Origin: Octopus sinensis
Taxonomy: Eukaryota
Length of the DNA stretch: 64,000 bases
Direction of reading: 5' to 3'
Assembly (NCBI RefSeq): GCF_006345805.1
Contig: NC_043001.1
Coordinates: 2,480,001-2,544,000, forward strand
Below, in pieces: positions 1-12,842 of this stretch. The position numbers and the translations under genes were made by a program. Under the pieces are notes generated by a model. That model was not told the DNA's origin and made no database searches. It worked only from the letters and a program-made list of their open reading frames with translations. How positions within the stretch are numbered: position 1 is the first letter of the stretch; every line of letters begins with the position of its first letter.

Positions 1-610
1 TTTACTAATCAGAACAACTTTCATGAGACTCCGCCACGAAACACGCTCTGCAACTCTTCAACATGTTTCATCATTTCTTGGATCACATTTTTTTGCTTTC
101 TGTATCACATGCTTCTTTATTGCAATCATCATCATCATCATCATCTTTATTATTATTATTATTATTATTATTATATTATTACTTCATCAAATCCCTCCAA
201 TTCTACCTTGAAGGCATTTACAAGGGACTCTGCTGCATTGCAAAACTGTTGTTTCACAAGACTATCCTCCCTGGAACATACTCAGTTGAATTATCCGCAT
301 ATGTGTGTGCGTGTGTGTTTATGTGAGTGTGTGTGTGTTTGTTTAATTGTGTGTGCACGCATATTATATTTTGAAGTAAATGTGTATACATATATGTGTG
401 CAAAGTTCTATTATACACACACACACGCGCGCACACATATAAGTATATAATATACATACTCATGCATATGATATATATATATATATATGTAATATGTATG
501 CTAAATAAATATATGCATATGCATATAAATAACATATATATGATATATAATATATACAGGTATGTTTGTGTATGTGTGTTTCTATATTTACATATCTCTA
601 AATATATATG

Positions 611-674
<64 letters not shown>

Positions 675-1474
675 ATATATATATATATATATGCATACGT
701 AAATATACATATACTTACCCAACTACTTATACACAGACACTCACATACACACACGCACACACACACATGCACACACACACATATATATGTATAAATACAT
801 GCATATGTATATATATATATATAAATATATACATATGCATGTAGTTATATACATAATTACATACAGTTGCATATCTGCATATATGTTGTTGTTGGATTCT
901 TTTTCTTGTTACTGTAGATTTTTATTTTGTATTTTTGCATCCCTGGCTCTGACTCTGAGAGAAAGATGAATTCTGATGGCCTAAGGCTTCAATGTCATTT
1001 CAACAGCATCACGGTGCATTGCCACATTACAGGCTTCTTGACTTTCCTATCGGGTGTTTCCAATATTATTTAGCAAGTCCTTCACAATGTACATTCTCAA
1101 CGAGCCCATAGTATATTCTGGATACTTAACAGGAATGGGGGAATGTATATTCTGACCATGGACGAAGTATATTGCAAGCTGAATGCCATTCACTCATGAA
1201 GGACCCTAAATTGTCTTTTGCTTGTGTGTTTAATGTCTTTTCCTCCCCTGGTAGCAAGGGTTACACTGGGAGGGATTTAAGGCCTGATTCTGACAGCCAG
1301 CTTGTTTTCATGTTGCCAGCCTTCAAGTGATTTTGCATAAAGAAAACTTTTCTTTCCAGAGGAACTTGAAACGGTTGAGGAAGTGGACGACCTGCGGAAT
1401 GAAAACGTCAAAAATGTCACCCCTTGCAACACATTTATATACAACAGGCCTCACATTCACACACACACACACAC

Positions 1475-1525
<51 letters not shown>

Positions 1526-1639
1526 CACACACACACACACACACACTCACACACACGTGACACAAGAATTATTTGAGGATGCTTAATTATCAATATAATA
1601 CACTCTGTAAACATATTTAAATGGTTTTATTTCTTTCAG

Positions 1640-2120
1640 ATCCTCTCTGGTATATAAAATGCTGATGCTAGAAATGCAGAGCTGTTGTAGCCATATGAAC
1701 AAAACAAATCGATTTTGTAATTGCCAATTTGCTAAATGTTACAAGATATTTTGTACACAAAATGTGGATGAAATTGGAAGCCAGTGGCAGGAATATTTCA
1801 ACCGAATCAAAGAGAAAAACATTCAGACAGGATTAGGATACTAGAATTTATCCAATGGCTTCAAAACATTATCCTTGGTGATCCCAGATAATCAATGAAG
1901 ACCACTGCCAAAAGAAATGAAGTGTCGGAGTGGACTCTCAGAACTGTGCTGCCCAAAGACATTCCAGACATGTTGTATGTATTAAGGCAAGGCCAGTTCA
2001 TGTCTGCAAAGATACATAAACCATTTGATTTATACCAAGCAGTTATTTGATAAGGTTAAAGCCCCCAGGAACATAGCATACTTTGGTTATTCTCTGATGG
2101 GAAAACCTTTGACCAAGTCT
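1640..2120 (+). mobile_element. Highly decayed RTE-like LINE fragment
   Basis: WQEYF; a GRSC-like stretch and a DL.KAFDKV-like stretch (gatttataccaagcagttatttgataaggtt). Confidence 0.45.
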
Positions 2121-2633
2121 AAATGTATAACAGTGAAAACTGACAGCTTTTGATATCCCTTGAGTGACACACACTAAGTTTCTAACGACTGTGATGTTAT
2201 ATGGAGATGTGTGTGAGGTGCTGGTGACCGTGTCTACCCTTCCCTTTTCTTGATATCATGTGGTCACTGTAAGCGAGCAGAGGCAGCTGGCAAGCAAGAC
2301 TCATTGTTTCTATTTTCCTCGTCTGGCAAAGGGAAAATATTACGTTATTTGGAAACAGGTGAGGGTTGGCAACACCAGGGGCATCTGATGATAAAATAAA
2401 TCTGCCTCGACAAAGTCTGCCTAATTTATTCAAGAATGGAAAAGTAGACATTAAATGATGATGGTAAAGATAATCAGTTGGCACGTGTCATTATGATGTT
2501 TGTTTCACAACCACATAGTTCCAGGTGATCCCCACTGTGGGTCATTTTGGGCAATTGCTTTCTGTTATAGACCAGGACTGATAAAAGTTTTGGCAGTTGA
2601 TTTGATGGAAGAAAGTGAAAGAAGACTGTTTTA

Positions 2634-2681
<48 letters not shown>

Positions 2682-2738
2682 CACACATAAATACATACAT
2701 ATATATATATATATATACATATACACATAAATACATAC

Positions 2739-2779
<41 letters not shown>

Positions 2780-2897
2780 AGTATAAATTGTACCACTTGG
2801 CTTCTCTAGTAACCTTTCAGGAGGCAAGGTAGAGACTGGTAGGGTAGAAATGGTGATGTGCTGGAAAGGATAAACAGACCAACCCCAGAAAATCTGA

Positions 2898-3112
2898 CCC
2901 TTTAGTATTCAGAAAGTCCCATGTAACGTCTATTTATCCACATTGTTTTGAATTAATCCTGCTTCATCCTGTAGTTTCAAAATTTCGATGATGTGATTGT
3001 TTATTTTTAGAATAATATTCTAAAGAAGGTGTGAGAGGCTGGATGTGGCCAGTTTGAACATAAAACAGGTAGAACACCCGGGCCTAACATGGCCAGTTTA
3101 AATGCTAAAGGG
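2898..3112. mobile_element. piggyBac-like MITE family
   Basis: CCCTTTAG.ATT ... AATGCTAAAGGG TIRs; related inverted copy at 13881-14051 ending CTAAAGGG|TTAA. Confidence 0.65.
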
Positions 3113-3939
3113 TCAAACAGAAATAGTATGATGTGAGGAAAAGTTAGCTGCTATTTCTGAATGGTTTAACTATTCTGAACAGGCTACATTTCGCAAACAG
3201 CATTTGCAATTCTATGGTATTGATTATTTTCTGAGAGAAAAAAAAAAGAAGATATTTTTACCATTTTTGGTGTTTGTAAAGATATTTGTAATGATATTTG
3301 AATTAATTTCACAGCAGACGAATATTCATCTATCAACTACAGTGGAATTAGAGTTTCCATATGGCAGACATTGCTATGTGATATTTTGTTTTGAAGGATG
3401 AGTTAGAGAATTTACAAGATGACAGAAGGACAATATGGTGAAGTTCAGCTTGAACATGTATTGTTTGGAATCGGCATTTAGAGAGATTAAGCTGTTAGCA
3501 AAAAGAGCAATCTCAAATAATAAATACAAGATTAATTATAAGATATATTGAGGAGATTATAATGGAAAAAAATGGAAAAATCTTTTCTGTGTTTTAGTAT
3601 TTATGTTTCTTTCAGGAACGCTCTAATGGTGGACTTTCGTAAATTTATTCCAATAATTTGCGTGGGTTTCAGCTTTGCAAAACTAAAACAATAATGATGA
3701 GGATGATGATGATGATGATGATAATACTCTTTTCTTCTGTAGGCACAAGGCCAAAAATTTGCGGGAGGGCTAGTTAATTGCGTTGCCCCCCAGTGTGCAA
3801 CTGGTACTTTTCATCGACCATCGAAAGGATGAAAGGCACAGTCGATGTCGGTGGAGTTTGAACTCAGAACATACGGATGAATGAAATGCTGCTAACATTT
3901 TTCCCAGTGTGCCAACGACTCTGCCAACTCACTGTCTTA

Positions 3940-3959
3940 ATAACAATAATAATAATAAC

Positions 3960-3998
<39 letters not shown>

Positions 3999-4047
3999 AA
4001 TGATAATGATAATAATTATTATAATAATAATAATGATGATGATAATG

Positions 4048-4095
<48 letters not shown>

Positions 4096-4098
4096 GTA

Positions 4099-4129
<31 letters not shown>

Positions 4130-4172
4130 TGATAATAATAATAATTATTATCATCATCATCATCATCATCAT
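3940..4172. repeat. (TAA)n/(CAT)n microsatellite
   Basis: Direct reading. Confidence 0.95.
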
Positions 4173-5310
4173 CATTTAACGTCCGCTTTCCATGCTAGCA
4201 TGGGTTGGACGGTTCAACTGGGGTCTGGGGAGCCCGAAGGCTGCACCAGGCCAGTCAGATCTGGCAGTGTTTCTACAGCTGGATGCCCTTCCTAACGCCA
4301 ACCACTCCGAGAGTGTAGTGGGTGATTTTATGTGCCACGACCAGGGCCAGAGAGCGAGGCTGGCGAACGGCCACGCTCGGATGGTGTTTTTATGTGCCAC
4401 CGACACAGGTGCCAGACGAGGCTGGCGAACGGCCACGCTCGGATGGTGTGTTTTTATGTGCCACCGACACAGGTGCCAGACGAGGCTGACGAAAACGGCC
4501 ACGATCGGATGGTGTTTCTTATGTGCCCACAGCACGGAGGCCAGTCGATGCGGTACTGGCTACGGCCACGTTCGGATGGTTTTCTTGTGTGCCACCGGCA
4601 CTGGTACCACAAAGATACAAATTCCATTGATGTTCATCTATTTTGATTTGATTTGATTTGATTTGATCACTTGTCTCAACAGGTCTTCACAAGTGTCACA
4701 AGAAGGAAGGTATGCACAGGTGGACTGACTACGTCCCAAGTAGAGGCCACGGGTTATGGCCTGACTAGTCTTGCCGGGTCTTCGGATGGTGCTTTTATGT
4801 GCCACCGAACAGATGCCAGATGAGGCTGGCGAACGGCCACAATCGGATGGTGTTTGTTATGAGCCCACAGCACAGAGGCAGTCGATGCGATGGGTACTGG
4901 CTACGGCCATGTTGATGGTTATCTGAGTGTGCCACCGGCCCTGGTACCACAAAGATACAAATTCCATTGATGTTCATCTATTTTGATTTGTTTTGATTTG
5001 ATCACTTGCCTCAACAGGTCTTCACAAGTGTCACAAGAAGGAAGGTATGCACAGGCGGACTGACTACGTCCAGGTAGGGGCCACGGGTTATGGCCTGACT
5101 AGTCTTGCCGGGTCTTAAGATGGTGGTTTTTATGTGCCACCGACACAGGTGCCTGATGAGGCTGGCGAACGGACATGATCGGATGGTGTTTGTTACGTGC
5201 CCACAGCACGGAGGCCAGCCGACGGCGGCGGTACTGGCTACGGCCACGTTCGGATTTTTTCTTGTGTGCCCCGGCACATGGTACAAAGATACAAATTCCA
5301 TTGATGTCAA
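4154..5310 (-). mobile_element. Composite: three head-to-tail units (~340-bp period) ending in a (GAT)n-tailed SINE tail (family A)
   Basis: AAGATACAAATTCCATTGATG recurs near 4613, 4952 and 5286; internal ~60-bp subrepeats; (CAAAT)n spacers. Confidence 0.8.
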
Positions 5311-5312
5311 TA

Positions 5313-5349
<37 letters not shown>

Positions 5350-5401
5350 TAATAATAATATATAATGATAATATAATTAATTAATATAATAATAATAATA
5401 A

Positions 5402-5455
<54 letters not shown>

Positions 5456-5625
5456 AATAATAATTATTATAATAATAATAATGATGATGATAATGATAAT
5501 AATAATAATAATAATAATAATAGTAATAATAATAATATAATAATGATGATAATAATAATAATAATAATATAATAATAATAATGATAATGATAATAATAAT
5601 GATGATAATAATAATAATAATAATA

Positions 5626-6194
5626 AATGCCCTGATGCAGTAATATGCCCTGATGCAGTACCAGGCAGTGGCTCTCATGGCTTCTGATCTTAACTGATTG
5701 GAAGCGTTATCATGTACATTGTTTTGTCTTGGTATAAAAGATGGGCTACAGCAAATATTCTGCTCAATACCACAGATTTGCTTGTCAGTTGTTTGACCTT
5801 AACCAGTGAGCATGTCCCTTAGTGGCTGACGATATGTGCATCTCTGATCACAAAGAGAAGTAGTAGTGGGGGAGCATCATAGCCATGTGTTGAGAGGGAT
5901 TCTTTGGGGTTTGAATAGTTCACCTCTGGAAACATGGGTGGTTCTTTAAACATCCTAACAACCCTTATTCAGGGACCGTTTGAGCGGGATGGGCTACTCA
6001 ACCTGAAGAAAATTCTAACTGGGCCCCACACAGGTCATGTGCTGTTTATCTTGATATGAGATCACATGTCGTGGCACATATGGTTGTGATGCATGTGCCT
6101 GGGTTACCTTTATCAGACGGGTAGTCATGATAGGTATATTGGGTTGTATATTTACCCAGTGTCACTTTGATGGCATGAACTGCTCTCTCACTCA
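5626..6194. mobile_element. Unclassified ~565-bp non-coding element embedded in (TAA)n
   Basis: Complex sequence with sharp boundaries between two (TAA)n tracts; terminal tandem duplication of ATGCCCTGATGCAGTA; 10-bp hairpin at about 5681-5706. Confidence 0.55.
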
Positions 6195-6226
6195 ATAATA
6201 ATAATCATAATAAAATAATAATAATG

Positions 6227-6296
<70 letters not shown>

Positions 6297-6307
6297 TAAT
6301 TATAATG

Positions 6308-6338
<31 letters not shown>

Positions 6339-6633
6339 TAATAATAATAATAAAATAATAATAATAATAACAATAATAATAATAATGATAATAATAATAT
6401 AATAATAATGATTAATAATAATAATAATAATAATAATAATGATATAATAATGATAATAATAATAATATTAAGAATAATAATAATAATAATAATAATAACA
6501 ATAATAATAATGATAATAATAATAATAATAATAATGATAATAATAATAATAATGATAATAATAATAATAATGATAATAATGATAATAATGATAATAATAA
6601 TAATAATAATAATGATAATAATAATAATAATAA

Positions 6634-6982
6634 CGTTCTCTAACGTGTCTCTAAAAGAAATGGAGAAACTTTCAAAATACAAAGATCTGGAAATAGAGGT
6701 AACCAGAATGTGGAACCTGAAAACAGAAACATTCCTATCATAGTAGGTGCAGTAGGCATGATAAAAAAATATTCAGACAAATACATAACAAAAACACCAG
6801 GACTTACAAACAATATAACATACAGAAAATTGCACTACTAGGCACTGCACACATCTACGCAGAACACTTCCATACAGTAACCATCAGAACCATCAGAGCA
6901 TCACAACAAATCACAGCACATACCAAGGCAATACAGAGCTGTGTCGTAGTGAAGAGAAAGCACGCTATAAAAATAAAACTAC
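6634..6982 (+). mobile_element. 5'-truncated R4/Dong-clade non-LTR element (restriction-like endonuclease C-terminus plus 3' UTR) inside (TAA)n
   Basis: KEMEKLSKYKDLEIEVTRMWNLKTET.PIIVGA.G...IQKIALLGTAHI; (TAA)n on both sides. Confidence 0.8.
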
Positions 6983-7029
6983 TGAATAATAATAATAGTA
7001 ATAATAATAATAATAACAACAACAACAAC

Positions 7030-7138
<109 letters not shown>

Positions 7139-8186
7139 TAATAATAATAATAATAATAATTGCAACAGCAAGAATAATTATAAACTTTCTACCAGCACTA
7201 TCACTGCCGCTATCATCATTATCATGACCACCACCACCACCACCACCACCAAAACCACCATGCCATCCTCCACATCGTCTACCACCTCATCTTCCTCCTT
7301 TCCCTCATCCCCACCATCATCACCCCCACCACCATCCCATCCTCTACTTCCTCTTCTTCCTCCCCGTGATCATCATCAACATTGTCTGCATCACCACTAA
7401 CACCACTGCCACTGCTGAATCAACATTGCCATGGTGATCATCGTCACCATTATCATCCATCCAATTTGGAGTTAGTTTGGTCCTCTTTGCTTCCCTAATC
7501 TAAGCAAATGATACGGAAGTCCTTTGGCTTTGCCTCCTTATGTTTCAGTATTTTCAAATCTGCTTTCACCCTTTTTTTCTCCCAGTTCTTTCTTTTCCTT
7601 CATCTTCTAATTCTGTGAATTTTAGTTGAGAATGTCAAAGACCTTTTAATTTTATTCAATTGCAAGGCAACCGGTTTCCTAAATATTTGGTGCCAAAGCA
7701 ATTGGATAGAACCTGGAAAAGAAATATTTTCTCTCATTTGCTCGTTTGTATGCGTGTGACAAACTGTGACAGATATATGAACTTTCCACCAAGAAAATGT
7801 GCCAAGCCTATAGAAAAGTTTCCAAGTTGAGAGAATTTCAAACAAAGTTTTACATATTTCCCTTCATTTGCCTACAGAAACAACATGAAGAATTATCTTC
7901 CTATCTTTAGAAAGAAAGGAAAAAAATACTTGTTTTCTGACTATTTTGCACAGTTTTATTTCACAAATTCTTCCTTCTTATAATATATACGTTTATCTTG
8001 TTTTGTTTTACGAAGTTATTTCATTAATTTTGCTTGTCCTGCAGGTGACTGAGTTCAGATTAGATAAGCTGGATGATAATCCGTTCCTCCTGATTCCTCC
8101 TTTACAAGGAATACTTCTATATTTAAAGCAGCACAAACAGTCATAGTCTAGTTTCTCAAAACGAAGACTGTTCAATATCAATTAAC

Positions 8187-8223
<37 letters not shown>

Positions 8224-9175
8224 CACACACCACACGCACAACATACACACACACAGACGAGCACATGCACGTACATGTTGACAAGATTAAGCACAAGAAG
8301 CAGCTTAAAACACAAAAAAAAACATCGAGAGCATTATTTCATCTTTGAACTAACAACAGCCAATAAAATACAGATGAAGAGCACTCATGCAAACAATTTA
8401 AAAGAGAGTTAGGAAGAGAGAGAGAGAGAGAGATTGAGGAAGGTAGAGAGAGGGAGTGAGGGATGAGGGTGATGATGATGATGATGGTAGTGGTGGTGGT
8501 GATCATGATAATGTTGATAATGATGATGATGATGGTGGGGTGGTGGTGGTGGTGGTGGTGGTGGTGGCGATGGCCATTGAACAGAAAGCTTTTGTTTCCC
8601 GGTCATGAGTTAAGCTCCTTGACAAGACCTACTCCGTCAAATATCCCTGACATCTCTGTCTTTCCACCGTTTCAAGCATCAACACGGCATCAACTGCTTC
8701 TCCGTTCCCAGATGCTCAGCTTTGGAACTGAAATGAAATCATTTTCCATTGTTTGTTTGCTTGTTTCTTTGTCTGTTCTTAATGAACCTCTAATCTACGA
8801 TGACTAATTAGGCTCTGATAAATATTGCCTTCATTTATTAGATATCTTTCTGTTCTTCTTGCAGAGTCACATTGCATGTACTCCACCACCACAACCACTA
8901 CAGATACACACACACATATAGATATACACATACATACATATGTGCGTATATGCACAAATGCATGTGTGTGTGTGTGTGTGCGGACATAAGACATAAAACA
9001 CATATATATGCTAATGTAAAGCAGTGCAAAGAAGTGCTCAACATGGCATTTGTGAATAAATATACATCATTTGTGAGTTAAGAAGGATACCATGGGTTTC
9101 ATGCAATAGGAAATTATCATGCCTGCCACATAGAATGTTGGTACCCATCTATATATAGATATGTACCAAAGTGTA

Positions 9176-9222
<47 letters not shown>

Positions 9223-9584
9223 ATGTTTGTGTTTCCTCATCTTGACATCACATGATTGTTGTAAATGAGCATCACTGTCATGCAAATAGTGACCATTATT
9301 TCCAGTAATCAGTGAATATACGTCCACTCATCAGGAAATATTTCCTTTCTTAGAAGCAGACAAGGGTTGATGAGAGGAAGAGCATCCAGCTGTAGAAAAT
9401 CTGCCTCAGTGAATTCTGCCTACTTCATGTAAGCAAAGAATAGTGGATGATGATGATGATGATGATGGTGGTGGTGATGGTGGTGGTGATGGTGGTGGTG
9501 GTGGTGGTGGTAGTGGTGGTGGTGGTGGTGTTGGTGTTGGTGGTGATGATGATGATGATGATGATGATAACATCTGTTGGCTAG

Positions 9585-9700
9585 TGATCTGTATAGATAC
9601 TTAGAAGAATATGGACCGCTACCTATTGAACAGAGAGGTTGCCAAAAGAGGATCTGGGGAATGAAGGATCAGCTCTTAATCAGTAATCTGTTGGAAAAAG
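9585..9700 (+). mobile_element. R4/Dong-type RT fragment
   Basis: DLYRYLEEYGPLPIEQRGCQKRIWGMKDQLLISNL matches the LPxEQxGC...GxKDQLLI pattern. Confidence 0.65.
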
Positions 9701-9859
9701 TTTGCCTCCTTGGCATGACCGGAATAATCTGGAAAGTATTAGAGAGCTGAAAGGAACAAATAGAATGGTACCATAGGCTGCAGGTAGAAATGCTGCTATG
9801 CATGCAAGACTCTAGGAGTTTCAACAAAACCTGTGATAAAAAGAAATACTAAATAAGAC

Positions 9860-10159
9860 TTCATCCTAGGCACAAGGCCTGAAATTTGGGAGAGGGGCAA
9901 AGTCAATTACATTGACCCCCAGTATTTAACTGGTACTTATTTTATTGACCTTGAAATAATCCTTTCTACTATAGGCACGAGCCCTGAAATTTTGGGGCGG
10001 TATCACAACGACCCCAATACTTGACTGGTACTTATTTTATCGACCCCGAAAGGATGAAAGTCAAAGTTGACCTTGCCAGTATTTGAACTCAGAATATAAA
10101 AATAAAAGAAATGCTGCCTTAATAATAATAATAATGATGATAATAATAATAATAATAAT

Positions 10160-10192
<33 letters not shown>

Positions 10193-10213
10193 TGTAATAA
10201 TAATAATAATAAT

Positions 10214-10254
<41 letters not shown>

Positions 10255-11945
10255 TTTAAATATTTTTTGCCACACGGGCAGCTTGGGGGAGGGGATTAAG
10301 TTGATTACATCGACTCCAGTGTGTAACTGGTACTTATTTAATCAACCCTAAAAGGGTGAAAAGCAAAGTCAACCTCAGTGGAATTTGAACTCAGAACATA
10401 TCAGTAGATGAAATACCACTAAGCATTTTGCCCAGCATGCTACCAATTCTATCAGCTTGCCACCTTTACATTAATTAAAATAATAATAATAATGGTAATA
10501 ATTGTTGGCATAAGTCTTGTGATTTAAAGTGAAGCAGTCAATAACATTGACCCCAGTGTTCAACTGGTTCTTATTTTAGCTGTGCTGAAATGAGGAAAAG
10601 CAGGATTGACCTTGACGACACCTGAACCAAAAGACCAAAATCCAGATGCTATTCTGCCAACCATTTTGTCTGGAATAATAATTGTTGCTTCAAATTTTTG
10701 TACAAAGTCAACAGTTTTATTGGGAAAGGCTTGGTTAATTATAAAAGACTCAGTCCTTGACTAGTCCTTTATTGTATCGCCCCAGAAAGGATGAAAGTCA
10801 AAGTTGACTTCAGTGGGTTTTGAACCCAGAACATAAGGCATCAGGAAAATTGCTTCTAAACATTTGGTCTAGTTCCCTAATTATTCTGCAAGGTTGTTAG
10901 TTTAATATTATTAATCCTTTCTACTGGAAGCACAAGGCCTGAAATGCGTGGGGAAGGGACTATTCAAGTAGATCAACCCCAGTGTGTAACTGGTACTTAA
11001 TTGATCCACCCTGAAAGGATGAAAGCAAAGTCAACTTCGGCAGAATTTGAATTTAGAATGTAGCAATGAGCAAAATGTCGCTAATCATTTCACCTGGCAG
11101 GTTAACGATTCTGCCAGCTAGCCACCTTGAGTATAATATTGATAATAAACAGTAACTGCAATTTCTTTTATTTACCCCTGGGGCTTCAGAAGAAAGAGAT
11201 TTTACAAGAACAGGTAACAACTGGTTCCGTTGTTTCCATTAAACCAATGAGGGGAAGAAAGTGAGATGTGGTGGGGGTGATGAGATAAAAATGGCCAGAA
11301 AGTATACAAAATACAAAGTGGGGTGTTCAGAAGTTCCTGGCTTTTATTAAAAGAAGACACAGAATGGTCAGTTAATTATGATTTTATTCAACATATTCCC
11401 CTCTTAGATTCACACATGTATTACAGCAGTCCTTCAGTTTTTCTAAGCCTTGTAAAAAAATCTTGGAATGTTGAGCCTTCAACCAGGCCTTTCATGATAC
11501 ATTGAAAGCCAGGAACATTTCAGCACCCCTTCATATGTCCCGTCATGAATGATGCGAATCTCCAGACATAGGAGAGCACCCACCAAAGTCAATCAAGGAA
11601 TCTCACAGCCCTCATCTGTTTGCTTTTCCTAAATCAACCGGAGCATGCTTAGAGTAGTTCCATTCATATCAACAGTTTTTGCTAAAATTCCCCACCTTTT
11701 GACAAATTCAGTGTAGGGAAGCATTTTCCTCTCCTTCCTAGGTACATTGGCAGCAAATTGGAGGGGAAAGAAGAGGGAGATAGATATGATCAACCCTAGT
11801 ATTTCACAGGTACTCTTTTTATTAACTCTCAGAGAGAGGAAAGACAAAATTGACATGGATGGAATTTGAACTTAGAATGGAAAGAACTAGAAGAAATACT
11901 GCAAGGCATCTATTCTGATGCCCTAATGATTCTGTCAGGTCATCA
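9860..11945 (-). mobile_element. Cluster of about seven diverged family C-related SINE copies in the same orientation
   Basis: Repeated AACTGGTACTTATTTTATCGACCCCGAAAGGATGAAAG.CAAAGT..ACCT..G..G.ATTTGAACTCAGAA blocks. Confidence 0.8.
11314..11533. mobile_element. Mariner-derived MITE
   Basis: TIRs GGGGTGTTCAGAAGTTCCTGGCTTT / AAAGCCAGGAACATTTCAGCACCCC with flanking TA. Confidence 0.8.
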
Positions 11946-12240
11946 ATATCATTTCTTTTTATTTGCCACAAGGGCAACAGATGAAGGAGACAATAACAAA
12001 GTCTTACATAATATGTGTGGATTTACAAAGAAAATCGACACAAAACTGGGAATGAAAATAAAAATAAAATAAACTACTCAGCATTATACATATACATAAA
12101 TATGTATATATACACACATATATATGTATATATGCACACATATATATGTATGCATATATATGTATGTATGCACATATATATATATACATATATACATGTA
12201 TATAAATACATATATACACACACACACATATATAAACATG

Positions 12241-12274
<34 letters not shown>

Positions 12275-12768
12275 TATCTATATAACTATATGTATATTTA
12301 TATATCTCTCTATATATATATGTGAATATGTGTGTATATATGCATATATATTATACTTATATATCTTATGTACTTATATATCTGTGTGTGTGTGTTTGTA
12401 TGTTTGTGTGTATGTGGTGTGTGTATGTGTGTAAGACAATTGAAGCAAACATCGCAAATATAAATGGTTTTCTAAATTTGGCAAAAGAAGTCTTCATGTA
12501 GAAATAAAACCTAACAATAAAAAAAAAACATTGAACTTTTGATACCTTAAGTAAATCTTTCCTTTTAAGACAACGTTTTCATGGTGATCTGATATTTTTA
12601 GTTGCATTTGACACATCAGGTTAGGTACATTTAGCAGAAAAGATATATGGAAGAAATTCTAGTAAAAATACTCAAAGTTATTTTGGAAAAAAAAAAGAAA
12701 AAAAGAAAGAATAAAAAGCCGAAAAGAAGAATTAAACAAAAAAACACTAAAGAGAAAGCAATATTTAC

Positions 12769-12842
12769 TTTGTAACATAGTTAAAGGCCGGTTGAGGTGA
12801 TAAATAACTAGTTTTTGCTGGATTTTCTGTTGTTTTTGCCAT
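12769..12842 (-). CDS. Candidate start-codon exon (MAKTTENPAKTSYLSPQPAFNYVT), exon extends to acceptor at 12912, phase 2 end
   Basis: Strong acceptor TTTTTTTTTCAATTCTTGCAG; in-frame TAA upstream; GAAATGG start context; donor AA|GTAAAT. Confidence 0.55.

Noticed and set aside
4725-4800. Twister or HDV-like ribozyme in the 340-bp unit (GTCCCAAG loop with downstream GGG)
   Set aside because: Could not place the conserved UAA loop or P1; the second unit alters the loop. Left for a covariance search.
5150-5175. Hammerhead core CTGATGAG...GAAC
   Set aside because: Present in only one subrepeat (others read AGACGAG or AGATGAG), with no stem I or III and no GAAA.
4325-5280. CRISPR-like regularly spaced repeats
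   Set aside because: The intervening sequence is also repeated (no unique spacers), there are no cas genes, and the context is a eukaryotic SINE.
8600-8727. Shared downstream exon for the phase-2 first exons
   Set aside because: All three frames hit stops within 16 codons and before any donor; it could only be a terminal exon, and there is no support for that.
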